A stretch of 64,000 nt of DNA from Eledone cirrhosa (Eukaryota): the NCBI GenBank assembly GCA_964016885.1, contig OZ024741.1, positions 57,846,001 through 57,910,000 of the forward strand. The letters run 5' to 3'. The translations under genes were made by a program, and so were the position numbers. Below, piece after piece: positions 15,880 to 29,300 of the stretch. Under the pieces are notes generated by a model. That model searched no databases and was not told where the DNA came from. It saw only the letters and a program-made list of their open reading frames with translations. Numbering within the stretch: the first letter of the stretch is position 1; each line of letters begins with the position of its first letter.

Positions 15880-16040
15880 TTCAAGGAGACAACAGACAAA
15901 GGTACAAAAAGTCTTATTAGTTTCATGCTTTATAATGGAAAGAGGAAAGAAAGTTCAACATGTCGGACATATACCCTTCTTCAGGAGTACAAATAGAGAC
16001 AGGATCACAATGGAGAAACAGAAAAAAGGTCCAGTAAAGA
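15880..16040 (-). mobile_element. PLE-like terminal repeat with degenerate HHR
   Basis: Minus strand gtactc CTGAAGA agggtatatgtcc GACA tgt; same family as 47925-48075 (+; CTGAAGA agggctaaagccc GATA). Confidence 0.5.
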
Positions 16041-16712
16041 CAAAAAAAAAGCAAAATTATATATATATGTGTGTATAGAGAGAGAGTGGGGGGGGGATAT
16101 AGACTCTATTATTTTCTCAATGTGGTCAAAACAAGAAGTGTCATAAACCTGGTCTGTCAGCTTACTAAACTGTAAGTTGAAATTATTTTAGAGAATAGAG
16201 CTCATAACTAGAAGGGGTGTACATTGTATGGCTAGCCTAAACTTCACCATTCAACCCATGGACTTAAAAAGAAAGTAAATTGAAATTGGAAACTAAAATT
16301 TACAAACAGAACTAAATATACAGGTGCTTCTTTTGCCTGGAGAATCAGTGAACAAAGACAATTCAGATAAAAAAATATTTGAAATGAGAATTGCAAGACG
16401 ACGAAATTAAATATTGTAATCACTTTTGTCTGGCCCTCTGCTAAATCAAGAACTACAGTGCTCTTCAGCAAACTAGAAAAAATATATATAAACTTTTCTC
16501 TCACAACTCACCAGACAACAGAATAATATAAGCATATACAACAGACCCAAACCAAACAAGACCCACTGCACAAATACAATTACTCAGCCACAAAACACAA
16601 CTTTACACAATAAAACAACATCCACCAAATCATCCAAATATTTCATGGCTGATCAACAAAACCTGAAACTCATAACCAACAAATAAATCCAATCACAATT
16701 TAAACATCTTAA

Positions 16713-16920
16713 CCCTTTCATGACCACATTTCTAATGAAATACACTCTATTTTAATTAATTAATGAAGAATTTCAAGGGATTTACTAAAATTATTAATTA
16801 TTTCATTACTAAGATATTAACTTAATGTAAGGTTCTTATATAGAATTATGTTGGAAGGTTTGATTTAAATTTAAAAAACCTTTAAAATGGGTGGTTTGAG
16901 CTAGGTTGTTAACTAAAGGA
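16713..16920. mobile_element. piggyBac-type MITE
   Basis: TTAA|ccctt...aagga|TTAA; related sequence at about 43647-43805. Confidence 0.5.
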
Positions 16921-17259
16921 TTAAAAAAAGATGCCAATGTAATATAAACCAACTCACTATACTGGTACAAAGAGGTCAAACTTCACCAGGCTATACTCAC
17001 CCTGAATAGCAGGTTTCTATCAAAGGTTGTGGCTACCAGATGAATTAGGACAATATACTCTGTTGAGCACTGAATCATAAAACTACCAAACAATAAACGC
17101 ACAACATTATACTCAATGACTGACATCCACACATTCCAAAACTCACTGTTCATCAAGAAAATAAAAATTAAACTAAAATTAACTGAAATAATCATTCCAT
17201 AAACCTAGTAAAGAAAATGTCATTCAGAATAAACTACTAATTGAGAACCAGCAATCGAC

Positions 17260-17600
17260 GAATCCCTGGATTTATCCGGTAATTATTTTTTCCAGCCTGT
17301 AGCATTTGAGACATTTGGCAGAGTTGGGCCACTGACAACAAAGTTCTTGTCATCACTGGCAGCTTGCCTTACTGAGGTGGCAAGTGATACGCGTGAGGAT
17401 GCCTGGTTGTTTCAGCATCTTAGCCTCGCCATCACCGGTGGCAATGTTGTGAGCGGATTGGCTTACTTCAAAGTGTTTCGTTAACCCTTATGATGTGATG
17501 TGCAGCCGATTGTCACATTTGGTGGTGAATGCCCCCTCCCATTTTCTTCTTTTTTATCTCTCTTTTATGCGTTTATATTTGTGTTTATCAATGACATTAT
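17260..17600 (+). mobile_element. 3' fragment of a CRE-clade (RLE) non-LTR retrotransposon
   Basis: 17281-17484 translates NYFFQPVAFETFGRVGPLTTKFLSSLAACLTEVASDTREDAWLFQHLSLAITGGNVVS, typical of the CRE C-terminus (P.A.ET.G...FQRLS.AI.RGN); a second, shorter copy lies at 18470-18815. Confidence 0.75.
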
Positions 17601-19312
17601 ATTTTGTTAACTTTGCCTTTCATCCTTACGGGGTCGATAAAATAAAGTACCAGTAATGCACTGAGTAATTGCTGGCCTTGTGCCAAAAGTAGAAACAATT
17701 ATATTTGTAATGTTCTTCTGAACGAATTGCAAGCAATTTATAATGTTATTTACACATTTGTAATTATATTTACTATAAGTGTTTATATTTTCATTCTGTG
17801 AACTAAACCAATACTAGAATCCAAAATATACTAAACAATATATGTTAAACTTCACCATTCAACCCATGGACTTAAAAAGAAAGTAAATTGAAATTGGAAA
17901 CTAAAATGTACAAACAGAACTAAATTAATTAAAAAAAATTCCTATATCTGTCCAACATTCAACCACCATGTTGCCACAAGCTAAAATACATACCCAATGC
18001 ATATGCCACCTAATGATAGCAGTTGAAAGTAGGTGCAAATAACTCACAACTTCTGCCACAACTTGTTCCAAGAAGCTAACTTCCATCACACACTCAAACA
18101 TACATTAAGCTGCTAATAAACATAACACCCATAACTAAAGCAATAAATAATGAACCATAGATATGTCCCACAGCTTACTCAACATCAAATAATTAACCAG
18201 CTAAATTTACCCCTTTAAACATTATATCTACACAAAGCAGTGTAGACAAAATACAAAAATTATTGCCGATACTATATTATACCTTCTAAAACAAGACAGT
18301 AATACACCTACATTAAACATAATTTAAAAAGAAAAAACATTCTACTCCCTTCAACTAAAGCTTTAGCTATATTAGCACTACAACTAATTTTATCAAAAGA
18401 GAAACCTATCATACCAGATACCTTTTCAATAGAGATCTTAGTCCACACAGTATCAGAGGCATTATACTACAATACCCATGAGGTTGCCAGGTTGTTTCCG
18501 TGCCTTAGCCTTACCATCACCCATGGCAATGCTGTGAGTGTATTGGCTTGCTTCAAAGTGTTTAGTTAACCTTTATGATTTGATGTGTGGCTGATTGTCG
18601 CACTTGGTGGGTGAACTGATGGTCGTTTTTTGTTTTTACCCCCACCCAACCCTCTCCTTTTTTTTTCTGTCTTCTTTTTTTTCTCTTTTATGCGTTTATA
18701 TTTGTGTTTATCAATGACATATTTATAATATTCTTCTGAACAAATTGTGAGCAATTTACAATGTTATTTATGCATTTGTAATGCTATTTATACAACTGCG
18801 AATAAAACGTAAATTTTTAATGATACAACATCATCATCGTTTAACGTCCATCTTCCACGCTAGCATGGGTTTACCAATATATATAAAATTCTTTCTCTCG
18901 TAACCAACCCAACATTGAAATAAAGGTAAATGAATACAACAGACCTAAACCAACTATGACCCACAACATGAAATACTCAGTCATAAACACTATATTTAAT
19001 ACAACAAACCTGACCCAACTATGAAGACACATGGCTTAGTGGTTAGAACTTTGGGCTTGCAATCGAAAGGTTGTGAGTTCAATTCTCGGACCGGGTGGTG
19101 TGTTGCTTCATTGAGCAAGACACTTTATTTCACGTTGCTCCAGTTTACTCAGCTTTAGAAATAAGATGATAGGACTGAAGTCCTTATCATTAAATTACCC
19201 AAGACACCTCCAACGAGATATACCTTGGAGGACGCCAGCTAAATCTGAATAGGTGTGAGCTGTCACACACACACATGAAATACAATTACTCAACAATAAA
19301 CACTACATTTAA

Positions 19313-19516
19313 CTCTTTAACATTTAAACTGGCTGAATCTGGCCAGAATTCTCTCATCTCTTTCTGTTCAAACCTGCTGTAACCAGCTGCTCATATTTGT
19401 ATTAAGGTATTGTTCTCGAAATAAATAATATCAAAACCTCATAGATTCAATATTATGAGAGATAATTATAAAAATACAATAGTGAATATACGTAAAGTAA
19501 CATAAATGCTAAAGGG
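19313..19516. mobile_element. piggyBac-type MITE (second copy at 20011-20196)
   Basis: TTAA TSDs; TIRs ctctttaacattta / taaatgctaaaggg. Confidence 0.7.
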
Positions 19517-20219
19517 TTAACACAATTAATTAATCATCTTAAGCTATCTATTTAGCAATATATCTTACCCATATTAATAAACTAAACTAAAATCAATGCA
19601 GACAATATATTGTCATCAAGTATTCACTGTTATAATAATTGAGTGCTGTAAAGGCACATGGCTAAGTGGTTAGGGTGTTCAGTTCATGATCATAATGCGA
19701 GTTCAGTTCCTGGCAGTGTGATGTATCCTTAAGCAAGACACTTTATTTCATGTTGCTCCTGTGCATTCAGCTTGAAAAAATGAATTGTACTTGTAATTCA
19801 AAGAGCCAGTTACATCAATGTGTGTCATACAGAATCTTCCTGAGAACTCTGTTAGAGGTATATATGTCTGTAAAATATCCAGTCAATTGCATGTTAATTT
19901 CATGAGTGGGTTATTCTCTTGATTGAAACAATTGAAACATTTGTCATGAGATATTAGTTTACAATGTTAGTGACAAAGAATGTAATTTAGTTATTTATAT
20001 ATTTATTTAACCCAAATCCGGCCAGAATTCTCTCACCTCTTTCTGTTCAAACCAGTGGTAACTGGCTGTTCATACTGATGTTAAGGTATTGTTCTCAAAA
20101 TAAATAATATCAAAATCTCATAGATTCGATATTATGTGAGGTCAAGTGTTTATTGTGAAAATATAATAAATATAGAGTAATGTAAATGCTAAAGGGTTAA
20201 TCAATTTAAACGTCCATAT

Positions 20220-20665
20220 AGAGCTAGTAAGCTATGGCAGACCAGGGAAGTATCCAGTACCCTTTACAGTTAAGAAACAAAAGATTAGATAGGTAGAGAG
20301 ACAAAAAAAATGGAAGACCTGTAGCGCTCTCTAGACAAGGGAAGTAGCTAGAGTTACTTCCCGTTGAAATTCTAGAACCTTCCTTTTAACTTCCGTTCAA
20401 GGGATTATAAAAGAGGAAACTGAAATCCATCTTCCTCTTTTTGGCAGCTTTTCTCAAACTGATCACATCGAGCACAAGCATGCTAACCTTTTCCCAACCA
20501 CATCTCATGGTTCAGGATTGTACCTCGTTATGCCACGAGGATGTTTGTTTACCACGTTTGTAACATGGACTACAATAAATGCAAGTTATTTTTGATACTC
20601 GTTTTGAGAAATTCGTTACGCTTTCAGTCATTACTTCTTGTAGTGAGAGATAATTCTCACACGGC
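20220..20665 (+). mobile_element. Possible solo-LTR-like element
   Basis: GC-richer block with TATAAAAG near 20406 and AATAAA near 20574; no TSD found. Confidence 0.3.
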
Positions 20666-20737
20666 ATGATATTGTATGAAAATTCTCCTATCTCATATTT
20701 CTATTTAATTTAGTAGTTGGGATCCGGTGGTACTTAC

Positions 20738-21035
20738 TGGTGTAAGTAACCCTGGGACCAGCTCACTAAAGACCAATGGAAGGCAAAAGAAGCATAAATA
20801 AGATTTTAAAATAACTGCAGCTAAAAATTTCTGTTGTTGAATCCTTACATAGCCTCCATATACTGAAAGATTTTATTTTTAGTTGGTATATCTTTGACAA
20901 TATATTGTATCACCAATCTTGGTAATTTCTTAATGATCAGCTTCAAGATGTCCTTTATCTCAGACTGGTAGTTTCTGTAGTGGAACAAATAGTACCAAAG
21001 AGTTACTGGGCAGTCACTACAAGACTCTCTATGAC
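20738..21035 (-). pseudogene. Exon-like segment, 298 bp, phase 1-2
   Basis: aaacag acceptor and CA|gtaagt donor; reads HRESCSDCPVTLWYYLFHYRNYQSEIKDILKLIIKKLPRLVIQYIVKD..., then 3 stops, no frameshift. Confidence 0.55.
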
Positions 21036-22944
21036 CTGTTTATGATAAAATAAAGTTCAATGGTATATGGTTCATCAAAGCCAGCATAGACTTTGCTTAT
21101 TAACAAAGGTAGAGTGAATAGAAAGAAAAGCTGTGGTAACAGGAAGATGAAAAGTTATGGTAGAACATATAAAATAGAAGGAAAGTAAGAGAGGGGAGGG
21201 GGAGAAAGACATGCTAAAGATGACGAATGGGAGACAGTGAAAATAGTAAAATAGAATAGTTTAAGAAAGAGGTTTTCTCCCTGTCTCAAGCCTTCCAATG
21301 TATTATAATGCAACAGTGTTCATAGCATGTGAATGACTGTTTGTGTGTGCAATGTATGTGAATGTGTGTGTAAGTAGTATATATGTGATTTTGTATCTAT
21401 TATATGAATGTGTATCTGTATGTGTATTGGAGGAATCGGTTTGTGTGTGTGTTGTATGTAAATGAGTATTTGTTTATAAAATATGAATGAGTGTGTTTGT
21501 GTGTGATAGAGTATATATTTATATGTGCAATATCTAAAGTCTGTCTTAAGCCAGAAGGCTCACTTGGCCAGTGCTTATCCCGGTTTCATGGCATGAAGCG
21601 GCTGAGAGTACAAGACTCCCCCCTGGACAGGACGCCAGTCCATCGCAGAATTAAACTCCCAGGTATTACTGGTACTCATTTTCAGCTGAGTATACTGGAG
21701 CAACGTGAAATGAAGTGTTTGCTCAAGAACACAACACGCAGCCCGGAATCGAACTCACGACATTATGATCGTAAGTGCAACACCCTTACCACTAGGCCAC
21801 AGAAGATGAGCATGTGTGTGTGTATATCGTATGTGAATGAGTATGTGTTTGTATGTCTATTGTATGTAAATGAGTATCTGTTTGAGTGTGAAATGTATGT
21901 GAATATGTATATGTGTGTATTGTATGTGTATGTATGTGTTTATGTGTGTATTGTATGAGAATGAGTATGTATGTGTTTATGTGTATATTGTATGAAAATG
22001 AGTATGTATGTATTTATGTGTGTATGTGAATATGTATGTATGTGCTTGTGTGTATTGTATGCAAAAGCTGCTCCATTTTCTTCCGCCACTGTTAGTGGTT
22101 GGAATAAATTTTACGAAATTTACTACAGAGAAAAAAAGAAAAAACGATATTGAAAGTTTGAAAGGAGGAATAATTTATTGTATCAGTGTGTAGGTTTATT
22201 TTTATGTGTTTTAAACAGAGATAGATTGAGATAGAAAGTGGGTAGACGTGGTATGGTGTAAGAGAAAAGTGAGTAGAAATAAGAGCAAAGACACCAAAGA
22301 GACTAAGATAGTCTTAATAACAACAACAACAACAAAAAACAACAATAATAATAATGACAATAATAACGATTTAATAATAAATAATATACGATAAAATAAA
22401 GTTTACCCCAAAAGTTACGTGAGATGAAAAGCTGTTTGATACATCAGATGTCACAATGACAGTGCCACAGTGAGTTGCACATCACTGTGACAGTGCATAA
22501 GTGATTGCACTTAGTGCATCTGTTGTCATTGCACTTTGTTAGATTTATTGTTGCTATCACCTTTGTAGTTATTTTATCATTTGTTGCATGTGGTGTATAT
22601 ATGTTGCACATGTAATGCTTACATGCACACTGAAACAGCACACATAAACACACACATGTATATATATATAAGTATGTATATATACATATATATATACATT
22701 TATATATATAAATATATACATACATACATACATATATATACATGTATGTATTTGTGTGTGCTTACTGTGGTTACCTCTGATTCAACCCGGAATAACTTAT
22801 CTTGAGAGAGAGAGAGAGAGAGGGAGAGAGAGAGAGAATGAAGAGTAACATAGTTGGCTGTACAACAAGGGGCTTTATTTGAGGTATTGACAATTGTTTC
22901 ATTGATCAGGTGAGTCTAGAGGTCGCTATATATATACTGTATCC

Positions 22945-25900
22945 TCATCATTTTACGTCCGCTCTTCCCTGCTCGCAAGGGTGGGACGGGTCTTATTCAG
23001 CACAGCATCTCTCCACTCGTCACGCTTCTTCGTCATCTCCACCATGAGCTTCAACGATCTGAGGTCTGTTTTCACCACCTCCACCCATGTTTTTTGTGGT
23101 CTACCTCTACCACGTCTTCCTTCAACTGGCATTTCCTGGCACCTCTTCACCCATCGGTCATTCTCCATGCGCATCACATGTCCATACCACCTCAGTCTCC
23201 TCTCCCATACACTACATTCTATCCCTCTCAGACAGTTTCTCTCTCAACATATTCATGCTGGGTCGTTCACGCACATTTACACTGCACATCCAACGGAGCA
23301 TGCTTCCCTCATTTCTCTCCAGCCATTGCATATCCTCTGCAGTTGCTGCCCATGTCTCACTACCATGCAGCATCGCGCTCCTCACACAGGCATCATATAA
23401 CCGGCCTTTCGTACGCAGGGAGAAACCCTTCTTCGTCAGCAGAGGAAGCAGCTCCCTAAACTTCTTCCAACCCGTCCTTATTCTAGATACTATGGCCTCA
23501 CAATACCCTCCTCCCATGCTAATCTGATCTCCTAGGTACCGGAAGCTATCCACCACTTCTATAGCACACTCCTGCATTTGAAAAATGTGTCTATCAATGC
23601 GACTTCTACTGTCTAATTTCCCTGTACATCTACTGCATACATATTTCTCCCTACCTGTTAGTTTGCCTGCTATCCCGCTACATCTCTTGTGCACCCAGGA
23701 TCTGCATTGTGTGCATTTTATAGAATTTATGCCAGTTCCTTTTCTGCATATCGAACATGGCTATTTCCCTGACGGAATCAGAGTTTTCTACTCATCAACA
23801 CTTTTGTCTTAACTAGGTTCATTCTTACTCCTCTTGCTTCCAACTGCTGTTTCCATAGCCAGAATTTATTCTCTAGCTCCTCTACTGATTCTGGTATAAG
23901 AACCAGATCGTCAGCATAGAGAAGTTCCCATGGACAGCCAGTCTTAAACTCCTCTGTTATGGCTTGGAGGACTATAATGAACAAGAGCAGGCTGAGGACC
24001 GAACCTTGATGTATTCCTACTTGTATCTGGAATTCCTCACTAAACTCCATTCTTACCCTGACTTTACTGACAGTACCTCTGTAAAAAGTTTGCACTGTCC
24101 TCACAAGCCATTCCTCAACACCTAGTTTCCTTAGGGACCACCAGATGACAGATCGGGGTACCCTATCAAAGGCCTTCTCTAGGTCAACAAAGGCTAAGTA
24201 TAGTGGCTTATTTTTCTCTAAGAACCTCTCTTGCAATTGTCTCACCAAGAAGAGGGCATCTGTTGTACTCTTCCCAAGCACAAAACCAAACTGCATCTCA
24301 TCTAGTTTGTCCCTTTCTCTAATTAGTTATGCTAATACCCTTTCTGCCACTTTCATAACCTGATCCACCAGTTTTATGCCCCTATAATTGCATCCCCTTT
24401 ACCTTTGTAGCAATTTATGAGAATACTGCTGCATCAGTCTTTGGGTATGACACCACCATATATAGCCTGATTGATGATGCGTGCAACCAGTTTAGTGCCT
24501 ACGTACCCTGATGCCTTCAGCATCTCAGCAACTATTCCCGATGGTCCGGCAGCCTTACCATTTTTCATTTCCCTAATCGCCTCTTGGACCCTATATTCGT
24601 CAATCTCAATAGCTGGTCCCTCTGTCGGATCTACTGAGGGTAATTTCTCTCTCTCCCATTTGTTCTCCACATTCATCAGTCTCTCATAATGACATTTCCA
24701 GGCCTCCTTTTTCTGATCATTCATGACACTAAGTACACCAGCATCATCCCGGACACATTTATCTCCAACAACATCCTGATTTGCATTGACACACTGCCTT
24801 ACAATGTGGAACACCACACACATCTGATCTTCCCGTCGCAGAACATTGGCAAGCCTCCTACTCTCAGCCTCCCTGCGTGCTAAGTACACCTGACGTCTAG
24901 CTTCTCTCTTAGCAGCTGTATATCCTTCCCTACTCCCACCCTTTTTCCAAGCCATCCATGCTAGTCTTTTGTCTCTAATGGCCTTATCTACTGTGCTGTT
25001 CCACTACCAGGTCACTCTCTGTCTGGTTGGAGCTCTGCTCCAGTCACAAGTTTCATCAGTAGCCTGCAGCAAGTTGTCGCGTAAGAAATTCCAGTTATGA
25101 TCTATGTCATACGTCTCTAAATCGTCTTCTTTTTCGTCATATACATCTTGAAGGGCTTTCCTAAATTTGTATTTTAGTGAAAGGTCTTTTAGCTTCCAGT
25201 CCTTTCTTCTCCACACCTTCCTGTATGTCTTATTCCATCTCTTGCTTACTGAGAAATCACTAACGACTAACCTCTGCTGTGGGGTACATTCTTCCCCAGG
25301 GTATGCCTTGGTATTAGACACTATCTGCCTGTCCCGCTGCCTAACTAGTAAGAGGTCAATCTGGCTTATCTGCTCGTCAGATTTGTAGGTTATTAGGTGA
25401 TTGGCAGATTTCTGGAAGTTTCTGTTGCAAATAGTCAGTGTACCTGCATCACAAAATTCAAGAAGTCTCACTTCTTCATTTCTTGAGCCGTAACCGTGCC
25501 CACCATGTACCCCAGTGTAACCACCCTGGAGCTGTCCAACATGACCATTGAAGTCCCCTGCTAGCATAACGATGTCTCCGTCCTCTGTCATTGCGGTTGT
25601 TTATAAAAGTTGCTCGTAAAAGCAGTCTTTCTCATCTTTGCCGAGGCCTGCTTGGGGAGCATAGGCAGAGATGATTGTCACTAGTCTCCTGCCTACAACT
25701 AATCGAAGCTTAATTATTCGATTACTAACTCGAACTACCTCTATTGTCTTATTGATCCATCTCTCAGCCAGGAAAATGCCTACTCCCCATAACCCATCAT
25801 CCTTACCTACCCAGAAAAGCTTATAGCTAAGATGTTTGCCTACAACTAGTCTCGCAAAGGCACCTCTCCATCTCACCTCTTGCACGCAGCACACATCCAC

Positions 25901-25970
25901 ATGTCTTCTCTCCAGCATCTCCGCTATTTCAGCAGATCTACCTCTGAGAGTGCCAAAATTAAGTGTTGCA
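22945..25970 (-). mobile_element. RTE-clade LINE, near full ORF, inactivated (subfamily A)
   Basis: APE motifs (CVQEVRW, AYAPQ, GDFNGH, SQID), RT motifs (FVDLEKAFD, QGS, YADD), Cys-rich region and 3' tail; split by stops and frameshifts. Confidence 0.95.
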
Positions 25971-25986
25971 ATTATAAAACCATATT

Positions 25987-26048
25987 TATTCTATTATATA
26001 TATTTCAAGAGTACCAACATTTTTGGTACGCTATCATCAGATAAAATA
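25987..26048 (-). ncRNA. Type I hammerhead ribozyme
   Basis: tattttat CTGATGA tagc-gtacca..tggtac-tctt GAAA tatata TA atagaata; 8-bp stem I, palindromic stem III. Confidence 0.7.
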
Positions 26049-26349
26049 CAAAATGTTTTATAAATATTTGACATGACCAAGGATGATATACCTTAACGGT
26101 TCAAGTTATCCCTGGAAAGTGAAGGGAAGAGAGGAGAAAAGACAGATATTTAAAATTATTAATATGATTATGCAAATGATGTGTATATTAAAGGGCTGAA
26201 AAAAACGTTATTTTAGACGCTATGGAAAATTTAAATACTTATGATAAGGAAAGAAGAGAAAGAGAAAAGAATAACGTTAATTTGGGGGAAAAGATTTTTG
26301 TTACCTATATTATGAGTTATAAAATTATATGAAGAATTATGGTTGTAAG

Positions 26350-29300
26350 TTTAGGAGAGATGGTCACCAATTTTAGAAGACTGCGTTGTTTTACGATTTA
26401 GAAGGGAGTTCGTTTCCCTAGCTTGGCTGCTAGAACATCTCTTCTATTTGTTGTTAGGTGTAGGTAAACAATTAAGCAAAAAGAACATACCTTGAGATTA
26501 TATGTGCATGAGCATTTTAATCAGAGCAATAAACAAAACATATCAGTTGCTCCTTGATTGGTAATTCGTAATTATCATTAAGTGGCGGTGTTCAAATATC
26601 CCGTGACGGCATGGTGTAATATCGCTGTTTCGCCACAGTGAAACGCGTCTGGTCGCCTCAAGAGACAAAGTCGAAGAGTGTGTATTCAGCTACTGACGTC
26701 AGAACTAAGGGCAGTTAATCGACTGCCTCCAAAGTCAAAGCTAGGTGGCGTGATATTCTACATGGCCTCCCACCAGATTTTTAGAAAAGGAAATAAAAAT
26801 CGGTTCATCGGACCATGTATGTAGAAAAACGATGAGCAACTAGCAAAAACCCCAAACCAAGGAGCAATCAGCCAAACCGAGCATGAAGGGCACAACAAAT
26901 TTCAAAAGAACATATGAAACAAGCATGCAAGAATGAGAAAGAAAAAAATTATTATAAAATGTAAATACAATTTTTAAAAGTTCAAATAGAAAGTACAGAA
27001 TTAAAGCGCCGCACAATTGCAGCTTAAAAATATACAGTGCTACACAGTTTTTGGGGCCAATGAACCCTCCGACCGGAGCGGGTCGTAGTCTTATATCTTG
27101 GTGATGGGGGGGGGGACGAAAAAGCAGGTGTGCGTGCGAAAGAAAAAGACGGGGGCGTTTGTGGCTCAGGTGTGATAGCGTCTGTGTCCAAATGTGTTCG
27201 TTTGAGTCGATCAATAGAAACCGTCTCTCTGGAACCCTTAATGTCTACAGTGAAATGTTTCTCGGAACGAGCTAATACACGGTAGGGTCCAGAGTACGGT
27301 TGTGTGAGATGTGGTCTCACAGCATCCTTTCTCACGGACACATGGGTCCACGGGGCAATATCCCTCGGGACTGCAGATTTTACAGTTTGCTTCCTCGTAT
27401 CCATCGGCGGAAGGTCCTGAAAATAGGAACGCAGACGCGATACGAAGGAAAGCGGATCCTGTGCAGCAAGATCGACAGGGGCAAGCATTTTCCCAGGTGA
27501 CGCTAGAGGAGCACCATATAATAATTCGGCCGGGGAGAACCCCAGGTCCTCCTTTATTGTTGACCGAATCCCCAACAACACAATAGGGAGGCACTCGCTC
27601 CAACGCGTTGAGTCAGGAGAAATCCGTAGAGCGGCTTTTAGTTGTCGGTGGAAGCGCTCCACCATTCCATTAGAGGCAGAATGATATGCAGTCGTTCGGA
27701 TGCGTTTAGCGCCGATGATTTTCGTTAATTCATGGAAGAGATTCGATTCAAACTGCCTTCCACGGTCCGTGGTAATTGACGTTGATACTCCATATCGAGC
27801 GATCCATCCAGACCCAAGGGCATGCGCTGTCGTCTCAGCAGTGATATCTCTCAAGGGGATGGCTTCAGGCCATCGCGAAAAACGATCGATAAAAGTCAAT
27901 ATGTAATTATGACCACCGCTGATTGGCCAAGGTCCCACGATGTCCACATGAATGTGGCGAAACCGAGTGTCAGGTTACTAAAAGTACCTAGAGGAGTCTT
28001 AACATGCCTGTGAACTTTTGATTTCTGGCAAGTAACACAGGAACGGCACCAGACAGTAATATCACGTCTCATATTTGGCCAGAAGAATCTAGCCGTTATG
28101 AGTTTTACTGTGGCAGAAGATCCTGGATGTGAAATGGCGTGTAAAACAAGAAACACAGTTCGACGATGGTTCAACGGAACAAAAGGGAGTGGCGCATCCA
28201 AAGAGACGTCGCAGAGGATCCGTCCGTCTGCGGTCGAGAATGGTAGGTATTTCATCCTGCAATTCACAAATTCAGACGATGTAACATCCAACGATTCGAG
28301 GGTAGGCTGATCGGCTGCCAAGCGATTCAAATCTATGTCATCGGACGACGAGATCGAAGCAATCGAGACAGGGCGTCGGCCGCTGTAATCATAGAACCCG
28401 GAATATGTTGAATATCATTAGTAAATTGAGAGATGAGGTCTAGATGTCTAGTTTCTCTAGGCGAGTATTTGTCGGCCTTTGCTTGCAAGGCGAATGTCAA
28501 CGGCTTGTGGTCCGTGAAGATGGTGAACGTTCTTCCTTCAAGCATGTGCGAAAAATGCTTCACCGATAAGTATATAGCTAACAACTCCCGTCCAAAGGTG
28601 CTGTAGCGGGTTTTGGCAGGTTTCAGCTTCCTGGAGAAAAATTGATCATTCCTACTTTGTTGCAAAACTGCGCCCACGGCAGTATCCGACGCATCAACAC
28701 AAACCGAAAGCTTAGCGTTGGACACTGGGTGGGCCAGCAAAGATGCATTGGCTAGAGCAATTTTCGCACTCGCAAAATCCTTGAGCTGAGTTTCATTCAA
28801 AGAAATGTCTTTATTTTTCTTTCGGCAATTTTTCAAAATTTCCGTCAAAGAGAAGAGTAGCTTAGCACAATTAGGCACAAACCGCCTATAAAAATTAATC
28901 AGCCCCAAGAATTGGTGCAACTGACGAAGTGAGGTTGGTGGAGGCAAATCTTCTATAGCTTTAACTCTCTCAGGAATAGGTCGAATACCGTCAGAGTCAA
29001 TGACGTGGCCCAAAAAATCCAGAGATTCGGAACCAAAAACACATTTTGATGGATTAATCCGAACATTGTAATTCTTTAAACGACAAAATAGAAGGTCTAG
29101 ATGGCGCAAATGTTGCTCTGAAGAGCTCGCAACAAGGTCATCAATGTAGGTGTATACAAAATCGAGGCCGCGAGTGATCTCATCCATAAATCGCTGGAAG
29201 GTGCTAGCAGCATTCCTTAACCCGAAAGGCATGGTGAGAAATTCAAAAGATCCAAATGACGTAGTTATCGCCGTTTTGGGGATGTCGTCTCTATTGACAG

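Noticed and set aside
22981-24883. Plus-strand ORFs overlapping LINE and Gypsy sequence
   Set aside because: Antisense shadows of retroelement coding frames.
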